Below are positions 9,176-18,455 of a stretch of 64,000 bases of DNA, one piece after another. The notes beneath the pieces were generated by a model that was not told the origin of the DNA, ran no database searches, and saw only the letters and a list, made by a program, of their open reading frames with translations. The DNA lies in IMG/VR virus record IMGVR_UViG_3300036846_000555, positions 58,350 through 122,349 of that record; one strand, written 5' to 3'. The stretch's first letter is position 1. Each line of letters begins with the position of its first letter. The DNA is from a virus. The position numbers and the translations under genes are program-made.

Positions 9176-9194
9176 AAAGCGCATGATGTGTGCT
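9176..9194 (+). promoter_or_regulatory. Dyad operator copy upstream of primase (no intact -10)
   Basis: AAAGCGCATGATGTGTGCT, identical to 41487-41505. Confidence 0.55.
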
Positions 9195-9243
9195 CGGCTG
9201 CCTTGTTCGCGTGGAACGGGCCCGGCGGGCCCCTGGAGGTCTG

Positions 9244-11088
9244 ATGCCGTCTGAAGCCGTCACCAAGGTGCTGTCGCGTCTCTGGGCGCTGGACTGCGAC
9301 GCGAAGGGCTCGGAGCAGCATGGGTGGAACGCCAAGTGCCCGGCGCACGAGGACCGCAGCCCGAGCCTGAAGCTCGACCAGGGCAACGACGGCCGCGCGC
9401 TGATCTTCTGCCACGCCGGATGCACCCTGGAGGCGCTGACGGCCGCGATGGGCCTGGAGATGGGCGAGCTGTTCGAAGCCGAGCCCGCGCCGATCCCCGA
9501 GCGCGTCGTCATCGAACGCTACGACTACGTCGACGAGAACGACACGCTGCTGTTCCAGGTCGAGCGGATGCGGCCCAAGGCGTTCCGCCAGCGCCGCCCC
9601 AACGGCCACGGCGGCTGGGAGTACCAGCTCGGCAACACTCGCCGCGTCCTGTACCGGCTGCCGAAGGTGATCGAGGCGGTCAACGCCGGGGAGATCATCT
9701 GCGTCGTCGAAGGCGAACGCGACGTCCACACCCTGGAGGGCAAGGGCAAGGTCGCGACGACGTGCCCCGGCGGCGCCGGGAAGTGGCGCGACCAGTACTC
9801 CGAGACGCTCCGCGGCGCGAAGGTCGCGATCATCCAGGACGCCGACCCGGTCGACCCGAAGACCGGCAAACGCCCCGGGCAGGACCACGCCCTGCAGGTC
9901 CGCGCGGCGCTGGACGGCGTCGCCGTCGCTGTCAAGGTGTTCCAGCCCGCGATCGGCAAGGACGTCACCGACCACGTGAAGGGCGGCCTGCCGCTGTCCG
10001 AGCTGGTCGACGTCACCGACGGGGAGCCTGCTAGACCGAAGATGGAGGTGCTCACCGCGCGGGAGATCATGGCGCTGCCGGACCCCGACGAGGAGGGCTA
10101 CCTGCTCGGGCCGCTGCTGTACAGAGGCCACCGGATCGTGATCGGCGGCTGGACCGGCCACGGAAAGACCACCTTCACGATGCACATGGTCGCCTGCGCG
10201 GTCGAGGGCCGCGAGTTCTTGCGCCCCAAGTGGAAGGGCCGCAAGGACCGCGAGATCAACGCGCTCGTCGTCGACGTCGAGCAGGGCACCCGCACCGTCA
10301 AACGCGTGCTGCGTGAGGTCGGCCTGGACCGCTCAGACCACGTCAAGTACCTGCGCGTGCCGGACGGGCTCGGGCTCGACTCAGACCAGGAGGCGATCAC
10401 CTTCATGGAGAAGACGTTCGCCCAAGGCGGGTTCGACCTGGTGCTGTGCGATCCGCTGTACAAGTGCCACCGCGGCGACCCCAACGACACCAGGGCCGCA
10501 GCGGAGCTGATGCGCCGGTTCGACGACTGGCGCGACCGCTACCAGTTCGCCCTGATTCTGCCCATGCACTGCCGCAAGCCGCAGAACCAGCACGGCGCCC
10601 CGAAGCTCAGCCCGCACGACTTGTTCGGAAGCAGTGCATACCAGTGGGGCGCCGAGATGTTGTTGGGGGTCGAGCGCAAGTCGCCGGGCATGACCTGGGT
10701 TCACTGGTGGAAGGACAGGGAGGGCGACGCCGCCGAGGACGGCGCGACCGTCGGCAACCACTGGCCCGTCCACTTCGACCGGAAGCGCGGCTTCCAGCGC
10801 TACGTCGAGGGCAACCAGGAGCGCCTACCCACGTTCGACGCCACACCCCGATTCAGCCTGCGCGAGTACGTCTACCAGGCTGTTCGCGACCACGGACCGC
10901 AGACGTGCGCCCAGATCCGCGACAGCCTCTACCACCAGCGCAAGATCGGCTACGCGCACTCCAAGATCTACGAGGCCCTGGATGAGCTTGGCGATCGCGG
11001 CATCGTCTGCCGCCAGCCCACCAAGCTGAAGAAGACCTGGACCTACGAGCTGCAGCCCGAACTCTTGAGCGAGACGGCGTGCCCCTGA
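9244..11088 (+). CDS. DNA primase-helicase (Zn finger + TOPRIM + AAA_25/RepA-like ATPase)
   Basis: CPAHEDRSPSL...CHAGC; VVEGERD...DAD; Walker A GWTGHGKT; Walker B LVLCDP; SD GGAGG. Confidence 0.9.
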   Translation: MPSEAVTKVLSRLWALDCDAKGSEQHGWNAKCPAHEDRSPSLKLDQGNDGRALIFCHAGCTLEALTAAMGLEMGELFEAEPAPIPERVVIERYDYVDENDTLLFQVERMRPKAFRQRRPNGHGGWEYQLGNTRRVLYRLPKVIEAVNAGEIICVVEGERDVHTLEGKGKVATTCPGGAGKWRDQYSETLRGAKVAIIQDADPVDPKTGKRPGQDHALQVRAALDGVAVAVKVFQPAIGKDVTDHVKGGLPLSELVDVTDGEPARPKMEVLTAREIMALPDPDEEGYLLGPLLYRGHRIVIGGWTGHGKTTFTMHMVACAVEGREFLRPKWKGRKDREINALVVDVEQGTRTVKRVLREVGLDRSDHVKYLRVPDGLGLDSDQEAITFMEKTFAQGGFDLVLCDPLYKCHRGDPNDTRAAAELMRRFDDWRDRYQFALILPMHCRKPQNQHGAPKLSPHDLFGSSAYQWGAEMLLGVERKSPGMTWVHWWKDREGDAAEDGATVGNHWPVHFDRKRGFQRYVEGNQERLPTFDATPRFSLREYVYQAVRDHGPQTCAQIRDSLYHQRKIGYAHSKIYEALDELGDRGIVCRQPTKLKKTWTYELQPELLSETACP

Positions 11089-11093
11089 AATCC

Positions 11094-11121
11094 AAATGCG
11101 CCCCGTCGCCGGGGCGCATTT
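11094..11121. terminator. Hairpin/terminator after primase-helicase
   Basis: AAATGCGCCCC-6nt-GGGGCGCATTT 11-bp inverted repeat. Confidence 0.6.
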
Positions 11122-11369
11122 AGCCTTCCCTCATGCCAGAAAGAAGAGGGGACGCAGTGTAGACCGGGTCGCGGCAGATCGCGCGGAGTCGGACGCAGCG
11201 CACGCTGTTTGAAGTGAGCGCCGGGGCATCCGACAGGCCGATGACTGGAGCTGTGGCTAACCGCCACGCCCCTCTTCCTCGCCACCGCTCGCCGGTAGCC
11301 AGCCCGGCGGCAGAGTACGGGGAGGTTCGGCTCAAGGTCATCGCTCAGCCCCAGGCTTGACCACCGTCA

Positions 11370-11630
11370 GAGGGTGCTGCTCAGCCTGCCCGAAGCGCGG
11401 GGATCGCTCAAACTCATCCCGGCGGGGGGGACGACACGAGTCCGCCCTTCGGGCGGTAATCGACCGGGCTACCCGCCCGGACCCGGCTCCTCCCGGAGGG
11501 GGCAGGGTGCTCGATCGGGACCTTCGCCCGGGACACCGCGCGGCACCGCATCTCCGCGCGGCCGGGCGAAAGCTCCCGATCTCCGCTCCCCTGACTTCTT
11601 CTACGCGGGTGGTCGAAAAGGGGAGGGGCC
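11370..11630. ncRNA. Candidate structured non-coding RNA
   Basis: ORF-poor interval with several nested GC stems (see findings); no family recognised. Confidence 0.3.
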
Positions 11631-11637
11631 GGTTCGC

Positions 11638-12111
11638 TTAGTCGTTGAGCCGCCGCTTGAGTCGCTCGATGGCGGCTTTGGCGGCTTCGACTTCGCCGGG
11701 TTCGGCGTTCGCGGATGGGTCGAGGACGCGTTCCATCAGCTCGATCCGGCGTTGCAGCGGGCGGCGTTTGGCCATGCTGTTGAGCACGTCGTTGACGCTG
11801 TCGCGCAGGTATTCCAGCTCTTCGACGAACCGCTCCTCGTCGTACTCGTCGATCACCTTCTCGACGGCGTTGTCGTAGGTGCTGGTGTAGGTAAGGTCGG
11901 CCGCGATCAGCTTCTCGATGTACCGGATCACCGCGATCAGGTCTTCGGTCTTGCGGTGGTACTGGTCGCGCAGGCCGGGCCGGTGGCGGTAGCTCGGCTT
12001 GATCGTCCAGCCGTACCACTGCTGGAACGCGGGCTGGGTATAGATCGACCCTTCGTTGACGTGGTACAGCTCGCCGTCGATGACGGACCGGACGTAGACC
12101 TTCTTGGGCAT
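11638..12111 (-). CDS. Hypothetical protein
   Basis: Preceded by CCGACCGAGGAG SD and variant promoter. Confidence 0.7.
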   Translation of the reverse strand: MPKKVYVRSVIDGELYHVNEGSIYTQPAFQQWYGWTIKPSYRHRPGLRDQYHRKTEDLIAVIRYIEKLIAADLTYTSTYDNAVEKVIDEYDEERFVEELEYLRDSVNDVLNSMAKRRPLQRRIELMERVLDPSANAEPGEVEAAKAAIERLKRRLND

Positions 12112-12116
12112 TGGTG

Positions 12117-12157
12117 CTCCTCGGTCGGTTGCACCGCGCAGGATAGCGCAGGTTGGG
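12117..12157 (-). promoter_or_regulatory. Variant promoter (TGCGC-TATCCT) plus CCGACCGAGGAG SD
   Basis: Resembles repeated motif on minus strand. Confidence 0.45.
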
Positions 12158-12189
12158 TACCCTCCGACCCTGTGCTAGTCTTCTGCACC

Positions 12190-12366
12190 ATGGCAACTGT
12201 GACCATACGGTTTGAGACCCCCGAGGATCTCGGCCGCAAACGTGTTGAACGAGAGGTGGCGGACGCGGTGCAGGCCGTCAAGTGGGCTGCTCACGGTGGA
12301 CCGCGAAGAGTGGTCGCCGACCCGGAGACCGTCACCTACACCATCGACTACAAGCAGGAGGACTAA
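12190..12366 (+). CDS. Hypothetical protein (58 aa)
   Basis: MATVTIRFETPEDLG...; TAATG coupling to next gene. Confidence 0.55.
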   Translation: MATVTIRFETPEDLGRKRVEREVADAVQAVKWAAHGGPRRVVADPETVTYTIDYKQED

Positions 12367-13244
12367 TGAGCAGGAGAACGTGGGAGGACAACGCCAAGGA
12401 GTTCGGTGCGCTGTCCAGGCAGGGCAAGGACATGCGACTGGCGGTGCTGGTCGCGTGCTCGGTAGAGAAGGGCGCAGGCCAAGGTGCCCGGCAACCTCTT
12501 TCCGATCGGAAAGAGGTTCGTGGCAAGGCCAGCGCGGCGGAGTTCGGTCGAGTGGGAACCACCACCGCACAACGCGTGCTGCGTCATCTCACCGCCTGGA
12601 ACAAGCTGGCCCGCGAGGGGCTGGTCAAGGCGGCGGCGGAGCTGAAGCCGAATGACGCCACGACCATCGAGGTCTCAGACGAGGCGATCGAGCGGTTCGA
12701 CGAGGTGTTCGACGCCACCGATTCCGGTGGGCGCCCGCGCGCGAGCGTGGAGGAGATCAGCCGGGCGATCGTGACCAATCCGGAGTACGCCAAGAAGCTG
12801 GCACCGGCCATCGCCAAGGCGATGGAGACGCCGGAGGTGACGCAGGAGATCACCACGCAGGCCAGCCAGCAGGCGCTTGGCAACGTTGACACCGCCGCCA
12901 GCACCGAGAGCTACCTGCGGCGCAGGAAGGCCGCGGCCGAGCACGAGCCGCCGGAGGATGCCGCGAGCCGCCAGCTCGGCGGGGTTGGCCCGGCGGCGCT
13001 CGCCGACAAGCTCCACAAGGAGACGATGGAGCCGCGGCTCGATCGGATCATCAGCGCTTTCGACTTCGCTGCGATCCACTGGGGGCAGTACGGCTTCCGG
13101 CTGGCGCTGACCGACGTGGACGAGTTCGACGAGCTGGACGAGCGGCTCGCCCGGGTCGGCAAGTTGTACGCCGAGCTGATGGATCTCTACGACGCGGCCA
13201 AGGCGGCGAAGATCGCCAACGAGGCCGAGGGAGCGCGCCAGTGA
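12366..13244 (+). CDS. Hypothetical helical protein (possible HTH in N-terminal third)
   Basis: SD AGGAGG; good codon bias. Confidence 0.7.
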   Translation: MSRRTWEDNAKEFGALSRQGKDMRLAVLVACSVEKGAGQGARQPLSDRKEVRGKASAAEFGRVGTTTAQRVLRHLTAWNKLAREGLVKAAAELKPNDATTIEVSDEAIERFDEVFDATDSGGRPRASVEEISRAIVTNPEYAKKLAPAIAKAMETPEVTQEITTQASQQALGNVDTAASTESYLRRRKAAAEHEPPEDAASRQLGGVGPAALADKLHKETMEPRLDRIISAFDFAAIHWGQYGFRLALTDVDEFDELDERLARVGKLYAELMDLYDAAKAAKIANEAEGARQ

Positions 13245-13265
13245 CCCTCAAGGACAGGAGACGTC

Positions 13266-13712
13266 ATGAAGTCACGTAGGTTCCGCAGGTCTGGTCATCC
13301 GCTGACGCAGGCGATCGACGCTTCGGTCGATTCCCGCCAGGCGCTCGGGCTGCCGGTCACGACTGGCCAGGTCACATCTGACCTGGTCGGCACCGTTCCC
13401 GCTGCGTTGATGCTGACTGAGTTCGGTCGGCTGGTCGGCGGCAGGGTTCGTGACCGGCTACGAGCACGCGGGGAGCTGGTCATCGACGAGACGACGTGGG
13501 AGCGCGCCACGGACGTTGACGTCACCGACCAGCAGTTCAAGGTGACCGTCGCGATCAAGCAGGAGAACGTCAACCGGGTCACTGCTCGCCTGAAGGCCGA
13601 GAAGGAGATCGAGAAGTTCCTCGACCGCCAGGCCGCCCGGCTGAGCCGTCCGGTGACGATGGGCGAGTTCGAAGCGCAGATCGACAAGATCTACGCCAAG
13701 CACGGGTTCTAA
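13266..13712 (+). CDS. Hypothetical protein
   Basis: SD AGGAG; operon context. Confidence 0.65.
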   Translation: MKSRRFRRSGHPLTQAIDASVDSRQALGLPVTTGQVTSDLVGTVPAALMLTEFGRLVGGRVRDRLRARGELVIDETTWERATDVDVTDQQFKVTVAIKQENVNRVTARLKAEKEIEKFLDRQAARLSRPVTMGEFEAQIDKIYAKHGF

Positions 13713-13722
13713 GAGGTGCGCC

Positions 13723-14052
13723 ATGGCCGTCGTCGATGCCGACATCGAGATCCTTGTCGACAACGTCGACGGCCAGTACCGCCTGTTTGACATCGAGCAT
13801 GAGCAGGCGCACGCCGCCCGCGTCCTGAACAGCGAGGCGACTCAGCTCGCGCTCGACCTGGATCTGTTCCCGGAGTTCGCGTGGCCGACCGACGAGCCAG
13901 AGCCCGACTTCACGCCGATGTGGGAGGAGACAGCGCGTCTGTATCGGCCCCGGCGCAACACCTGGGGCCTGGACGTGGAGACGCTGCCGCTATTCGAAAC
14001 CTGGATCAAGAACATCCAGCAACTGCACCCGACCGAGGAGAACCATGGTTGA
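13723..14052 (+). CDS. Hypothetical protein
   Basis: SD GAGGTG; codon bias. Confidence 0.65.
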   Translation: MAVVDADIEILVDNVDGQYRLFDIEHEQAHAARVLNSEATQLALDLDLFPEFAWPTDEPEPDFTPMWEETARLYRPRRNTWGLDVETLPLFETWIKNIQQLHPTEENHG

Positions 14053-14209
14053 CACCGACTGGAGAGACGAGGCCGCTGAGGCGGCCGTCAACGGCGACAC
14101 GATGTACTGCGACTACTGCTATGAGGATCAGCCGGTGGAGCTTGGGCCGGACGGCTCGGTGGTCGTCTGCTCGGTCTGCCAGCACGGGCTAGCGCCAGTC
14201 TCGTCCTAG
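14045..14209 (+). CDS. Small Zn-ribbon protein (54 aa)
   Basis: CCGACCGAGGAG SD; CDYC...CSVC. Confidence 0.55.
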   Translation: MVDTDWRDEAAEAAVNGDTMYCDYCYEDQPVELGPDGSVVVCSVCQHGLAPVSS

Positions 14210-14229
14210 CCTGCCCGTAGACTCACACC

Positions 14230-14754
14230 GTGATCCAATTCACGGTCATCGGCAAGCCCGTCACAAAGGGTTCGACGACGTCGTTCGCCGCCAAGCGCAA
14301 GGACGGCAGCCTCGTCACCCGCGAGAACGGCAACCCGGTGGTGGTGACCCGCAACGCGTCCGGCGCCCGCGGCCGCACCTGGGAGAACGCCGTCGCGAGC
14401 TGCGCCCTGGAGGCCCGCGAGCTGGCCGGTGGCCGGATCGCCCGCGGCGAGCCCGTCGGCGTGGAGGTGATCTTCTACCAGCCCCGCAACGCTGGGCACT
14501 ACGGCACTGGTCGCAACGCGTGCAAGCTCAAGGATTCCGCGCCGCCGTTCCCGGCTGTGAGACCAGACGTCGACAAGCTCTTGCGCTCGACGCTCGACGC
14601 GCTCACCTCGGTGCTCTACGCCGACGACGGGCAGGTCGTGACCGTCCGCGCGGAGAAGCGGTTTGGCGATCCGGCGCGCGCGGAGATCAAGGTCTGGGTA
14701 GTGTCTGCGCTACCGGTCGACGGCCAGCTCGACCTGGAGCTGGCGGTCGCCTAA
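14230..14754 (+). CDS. rusA: RusA-family Holliday junction resolvase
   Basis: IQFTVIGKPVTKGS...RPDVDKLLRSTLDALTSVLYADDGQVV...EKR. Confidence 0.9.
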   Translation: MIQFTVIGKPVTKGSTTSFAAKRKDGSLVTRENGNPVVVTRNASGARGRTWENAVASCALEARELAGGRIARGEPVGVEVIFYQPRNAGHYGTGRNACKLKDSAPPFPAVRPDVDKLLRSTLDALTSVLYADDGQVVTVRAEKRFGDPARAEIKVWVVSALPVDGQLDLELAVA

Positions 14755-14813
14755 AGGTTCGTACCGAGGAGACGACCGGCCCGGGTTCCACGCACCTGGG
14801 CCGGTCACCCCGG

Positions 14814-15089
14814 CTAGGCCCAGCCCGCGAGCGCGTCGACCTGGTCGCGGCCCTCGCGGCTCTTCTTCAGCGCGGCCCGGTGCTCCTTACCCTCGGCGCG
14901 CGCCTGGTGGTAGAGATGCGACTCAAGCTCCGCGATCAGCACGTTGCGCAGCGCCCGCCGGTCGACGTCGGTCGAGAGCTGCGCGATCGCGATCGTGTGC
15001 AGGAGCGCGTCGACGCGCGCGGCTGACTTCTTGGCCAGCGTCCGCCAGCGCGGCGGCGCCATCACCTTGAGCTGCTCGCGGCTGGGCAT
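14814..15089 (-). CDS. Hypothetical protein
   Basis: Coupled minus-strand operon. Confidence 0.55.
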   Translation of the reverse strand: MPSREQLKVMAPPRWRTLAKKSAARVDALLHTIAIAQLSTDVDRRALRNVLIAELESHLYHQARAEGKEHRAALKKSREGRDQVDALAGWA

Positions 15090-15730
15090 CAGTCGTCCTC
15101 CTCGATCCAGACTCGCCCGTTGCCGCCGAGCGCCTGGGTGACGCGCCGGTCGAGCGCGTACTTGCTCTCGCCGGGCCGCGCCTGGACGTCCACGCCGTAG
15201 GCCTCACGGACCAGGCGCGCGTAGCAGCGCGCCCAGCGGTCGGTGTGCTTGGCGGTGGGCAGCGCGTAGTGCGCCAGCTCGTGGCAGGTGATCATCTTCA
15301 CCTCCGCGGCCGGGATGTCCCCGAGGCTCAGGTGGATCCGGCTGCGGGGCCAGGCACGGCCGCTGTAGCTGCCGTTGTCGGTCCGGTGCAGTGTCCAGTC
15401 GACCTTGCGGCCGCGCATCCGCGACGGCAGCTCGTCGCGCAGAGCGGGCAGCCGGACCAGCCGCGCGATCTCCTTGCCGACGTCGACGCCGTCGATGATC
15501 TCGCGCTGCGCCCGCGTCACTCGCGCGCGCTCGCGCTGCTTGGCGGTGCGCTCGGCGCGCTTGGTCTTGGCCTGCTCGCGCTGGCGCTCCAGCGCCGGGC
15601 TCGATCGCTCGACCAGGCGGCCGGTCGTTTCGCTACAGCGCAGGCACCACCGTCGGACGTCGTCGCGCCGCGGCCGGTCGGGTCCGTTGACGCCGCCGCC
15701 GCATACGGGGCACACCCACCGCCGGGCCAT
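15089..15730 (-). CDS. Zn-ribbon + zincin-like (HEXXH) metallopeptidase, SprT/YgjP-like
   Basis: CPVC...CLRC; GRAW; CHELAH...H motif. Confidence 0.6.
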   Translation of the reverse strand: MARRWVCPVCGGGVNGPDRPRRDDVRRWCLRCSETTGRLVERSSPALERQREQAKTKRAERTAKQRERARVTRAQREIIDGVDVGKEIARLVRLPALRDELPSRMRGRKVDWTLHRTDNGSYSGRAWPRSRIHLSLGDIPAAEVKMITCHELAHYALPTAKHTDRWARCYARLVREAYGVDVQARPGESKYALDRRVTQALGGNGRVWIEEDD

Positions 15731-16038
15731 CAGGCGCTCTCTTTCAGCGCCGCGTCGATGGCCTGAGCGCGCGTCGTGGACTCCCAGTCCACCGGCCCGG
15801 TCCAGTCGTCGCTGTCGTAGACGAGGTTCTCGTAGGTCTCGCTGTCGAGCCCGTCCTGCCAGGGGATCCGCCCGATGTACTTCCATGCGCCCCAGAACGT
15901 CCGATCTCGCGGCCACTCCTCCAGCCCGTAGGACGGGCCGTCTTCGTACCGGCGGATCCGCCAGAGTGTCTGGCCGTCGTTGGACGGCAGCAGGTAGTCA
16001 CCCTGCGCGATCTTGATCAGCGAGTAGTTGCGGTCCAT
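15730..16038 (-). CDS. Hypothetical protein
   Basis: TGATG coupling. Confidence 0.6.
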   Translation of the reverse strand: MDRNYSLIKIAQGDYLLPSNDGQTLWRIRRYEDGPSYGLEEWPRDRTFWGAWKYIGRIPWQDGLDSETYENLVYDSDDWTGPVDWESTTRAQAIDAALKESA

Positions 16039-16238
16039 CAGTCGTACCTCGGTGTCCGCCGCGTGGCGAGATGCCACCCGCCGCAGAATGTGCAGGGGTA
16101 GACAAGGACGCTGTAGCCGTAGGTCTCGGCGTAGGCCTCCGCTTCCGCGTGAGTGTCGAACCGGCGCTTGGGTTTGCCGTCGGCGGTGAAGTGCTCGCCG
16201 ACGATCCGTTGGCGGGGCTGCTGGCGCTTGCGCATCAT
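16038..16238 (-). CDS. Small Zn-binding protein (YPCxFCxGWH)
   Basis: Coupled; common phage motif. Confidence 0.6.
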   Translation of the reverse strand: MMRKRQQPRQRIVGEHFTADGKPKRRFDTHAEAEAYAETYGYSVLVYPCTFCGGWHLATRRTPRYD

Positions 16239-16444
16239 CCGCTCCCCCGATCCGGATGCTCGGGGCAGCCCCGGCAGCGCGGCAGATGCCACTTCTCGCG
16301 GCCTGCCGCGTAGTCGAGATACCCGTCGTACCACGCGTCGGGCGCGTTCATCGCGTCGCCGCGCTCCAGCGTGGCGGTGACGCCGCTGGAAGAGCGCCAG
16401 CCCTTGTTGTACCAGCGCTTGTACTCAGCGCTCATCTCGATCAT
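16235..16444 (-). CDS. Hypothetical protein
   Basis: Follows promoter-hairpin-SD cassette. Confidence 0.6.
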   Translation of the reverse strand: MIEMSAEYKRWYNKGWRSSSGVTATLERGDAMNAPDAWYDGYLDYAAGREKWHLPRCRGCPEHPDRGSG

Positions 16445-16449
16445 CAAAG

Positions 16450-16510
16450 CTCCTCGGTCGGATGGTGCGGCCACACTGACCGCACCACCATTGTAGCACA
16501 CGACGTGTGT
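16450..16510 (-). promoter_or_regulatory. Dyad promoter-hairpin-SD cassette
   Basis: ACACACGTCGTGTGC-TACAAT, hairpin GGTGCGGTCA/TGGCCGCACC, CCGACCGAGGAG. Confidence 0.75.
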
Positions 16511-17169
16511 CAGTCGATGCGCGACTGGGCCCAGGCCTCGATGCCTGCTTCGCGCAGGACATTGGCGATGGCCGTGGCCGCCGCGTCCCAGCGGACGTAG
16601 GACTGGGAGTACCGGTCCCCGCACATCTTCCAGGTGCTCAGGGCGATGCCGCCGTTGTAGCTGTCGCGCCGCGCCATGCCCTCGCTGAGCAGGTAGCGCG
16701 CGAACCGTGAGCCGCCCGGCTTGACGTTCACCCAGGCCGTCCCGCAGATGCCCTCGTTGACTGCGTAGACGGGCTCGTTGGGATCCGCTCCGCCGTCATC
16801 GCCGCCCATCAGGGAGCCCAGTACGTCCCGGGGCGTATACACGATCATCGGCGTCGGCACGGCGCCGCGGAACGCGGCCTCACCGGCCTCACCGGCGCGG
16901 GCGATCAAGGCCTTCATCGCGGCCTTGCTCATCTTCACCGAGCCGCCGCCCTCGATCTTCGTCCGGCAGCGAGCGCAGACGTAACCGTCACGGCCGATCT
17001 CGTTCGCGTCCTGGCGCTCGATCCGCCCGCGGCTCCATGAGCCACGACGGTCGCCCTTCACCTGCGCGACGTCGATGCCGCACATCGTGCGGCTAGACTC
17101 AGCGTCGGCGGCGTAATGCCAGCGCGGTTGACGGTAGGCGCCCGGATTGGTCTTCCGGATCACTTCCAC
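16510..17169 (-). CDS. Conserved phage hypothetical protein (possibly two fused modules)
   Basis: GTG 17169 after cassette SD; C-half GICGTAWVNVKP...YNGG...QS...SRID resembles a widespread phage family. Confidence 0.65.
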   Translation of the reverse strand: MEVIRKTNPGAYRQPRWHYAADAESSRTMCGIDVAQVKGDRRGSWSRGRIERQDANEIGRDGYVCARCRTKIEGGGSVKMSKAAMKALIARAGEAGEAAFRGAVPTPMIVYTPRDVLGSLMGGDDGGADPNEPVYAVNEGICGTAWVNVKPGGSRFARYLLSEGMARRDSYNGGIALSTWKMCGDRYSQSYVRWDAAATAIANVLREAGIEAWAQSRID

Positions 17170-17179
17170 TGTTTCGATA

Positions 17180-17258
17180 CCTCCTCGGTCGGGGAGTCGC
17201 GGCCAATCCGGCCGCACCTACATTGTAGCACACATCGCGTGTTAGGGTGTGCTATCCT
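17180..17258. promoter_or_regulatory. Back-to-back divergent promoters; leftward one has hairpin and SD
   Basis: Minus: ACACGCGATGTGTGC-TACAAT, GCGGCC/GGCCGC stem, CCGACCGAGGAGG; plus: GTGTGC-TATCCT. Confidence 0.75.
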
Positions 17259-17298
17259 TCCAGGGCGAACGTCCCGACCACAACCAAAGGAGTGAGCA

Positions 17299-17799
17299 GT
17301 GAAGTTGACCGAAGTCACAATCCTCAACGTGCCGACCGAGGTTCACATCAATGCGGGCGGCACCTTCCGCGTGTACCTGAAGGGTCACGCGGAGGACGAC
17401 GACGCGCAAGCGCTGTCGACCGGTGCCTCGCTCAGCGAGGCCGTTGAGAGGGCCAAGCCGCAGGTCCGGCAGCGCAAGGTGAAGGTGAACGTGCCGTTCT
17501 ACCGGATGACGCACTTCCAGAAGGACGACGGCGTGTCGTTCCAGCAGGGCACCGCGACCGGGTTCCATGCAGGCACCGGCAACGTGCTCGCGGTCGTCAA
17601 CGGCGAAAACGAGCAGCTCGGCAGCTCGGGCTACCGCAGCGGAACCGCATACCGGGGCGACATGCCGCAGGAGGCTCGCGACGAGCTGATCCGGCTGCGC
17701 CGGGAGATCCGCGAGCGAAGCGACCGGCAGCGGGAGATCGACGGCACGTGGAGCTTCGACCTCGCCGAGGCGGTCCGCGAGGCCATCGAGGCATCATGA
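17299..17799 (+). CDS. Hypothetical protein
   Basis: SD AAGGAG; codon bias. Confidence 0.65.
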   Translation: MKLTEVTILNVPTEVHINAGGTFRVYLKGHAEDDDAQALSTGASLSEAVERAKPQVRQRKVKVNVPFYRMTHFQKDDGVSFQQGTATGFHAGTGNVLAVVNGENEQLGSSGYRSGTAYRGDMPQEARDELIRLRREIRERSDRQREIDGTWSFDLAEAVREAIEAS

Positions 17800-18080
17800 C
17801 GACGACGGATCCGCGCGCGGAGGAGCAAGCCGCGCGCGCCCGTCACCGGCAGCTTGAGCGTGCTCGCAAGGAGGCCAAGCGCAAGCGCGACAACGAAGCA
17901 AGCACCAAGCTCCAGGGGATCATTCGCGAGGAGATGGCGCGCCCCCGCGCGCGAGCTTGCCGGTGCGGGATCACGACGCGCACGACGCGTGCTGAGCTGG
18001 ACGCGCTGGGCGCGGGCTGCACCGCTGGCCGGTGGGTGTGCGAGACGCTGGCGGCAATCCGGCGCCGGATGGACCGGTAA
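17796..18080 (+). CDS. Hypothetical basic protein
   Basis: ATGA coupling. Confidence 0.55.
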   Translation: MTTTDPRAEEQAARARHRQLERARKEAKRKRDNEASTKLQGIIREEMARPRARACRCGITTRTTRAELDALGAGCTAGRWVCETLAAIRRRMDR

Positions 18081-18187
18081 CGCCAATCGTGTGCTACCCT
18101 GAAGGAATCATGACGACCACCAGGGGGAGCGCGAAAGCGAAGTCGGATCGCGGCCAGGCTCACGCGAGTCGCTCCAGAGGGAGAACG

Positions 18188-18451
18188 ATGAGCAAGGAGA
18201 ATGGCAGCGAGCCGATCGGCCCGCCCAAGCAGCCGCGCGCGGTCAGGCAGCTCGACATCGTCGGGACGGCCGAGGCCGCCGCGCTGCTCGGCGTCGAACG
18301 ACCGCGCATCGGACGATGGGTCAAACGCGGCGTGATGCCGCCGACAGCGGCGATGCTGCAGGCGACGCCGGTGTGGTATCGCCGGGACATCCTGAAGATG
18401 CAGAGCTGGGTTGAGCGCAACCGCCGCAACCGCGAGCCGGTGGCGGGCTGA
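18188..18451 (+). CDS. HTH DNA-binding protein (MerR/excisionase-like)
   Basis: IVGTAEAAALLGVERPRIGRWVKRGVMP...PVWYRRDI. Confidence 0.8.
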   Translation: MSKENGSEPIGPPKQPRAVRQLDIVGTAEAAALLGVERPRIGRWVKRGVMPPTAAMLQATPVWYRRDILKMQSWVERNRRNREPVAG

Positions 18452-18455
18452 CTGC

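Noticed and set aside
11374-12366. 330-aa plus-strand ORF
   Set aside because: Composite: non-coding start, antisense to 11638-12111, and only the last 58 codons look like a real gene.
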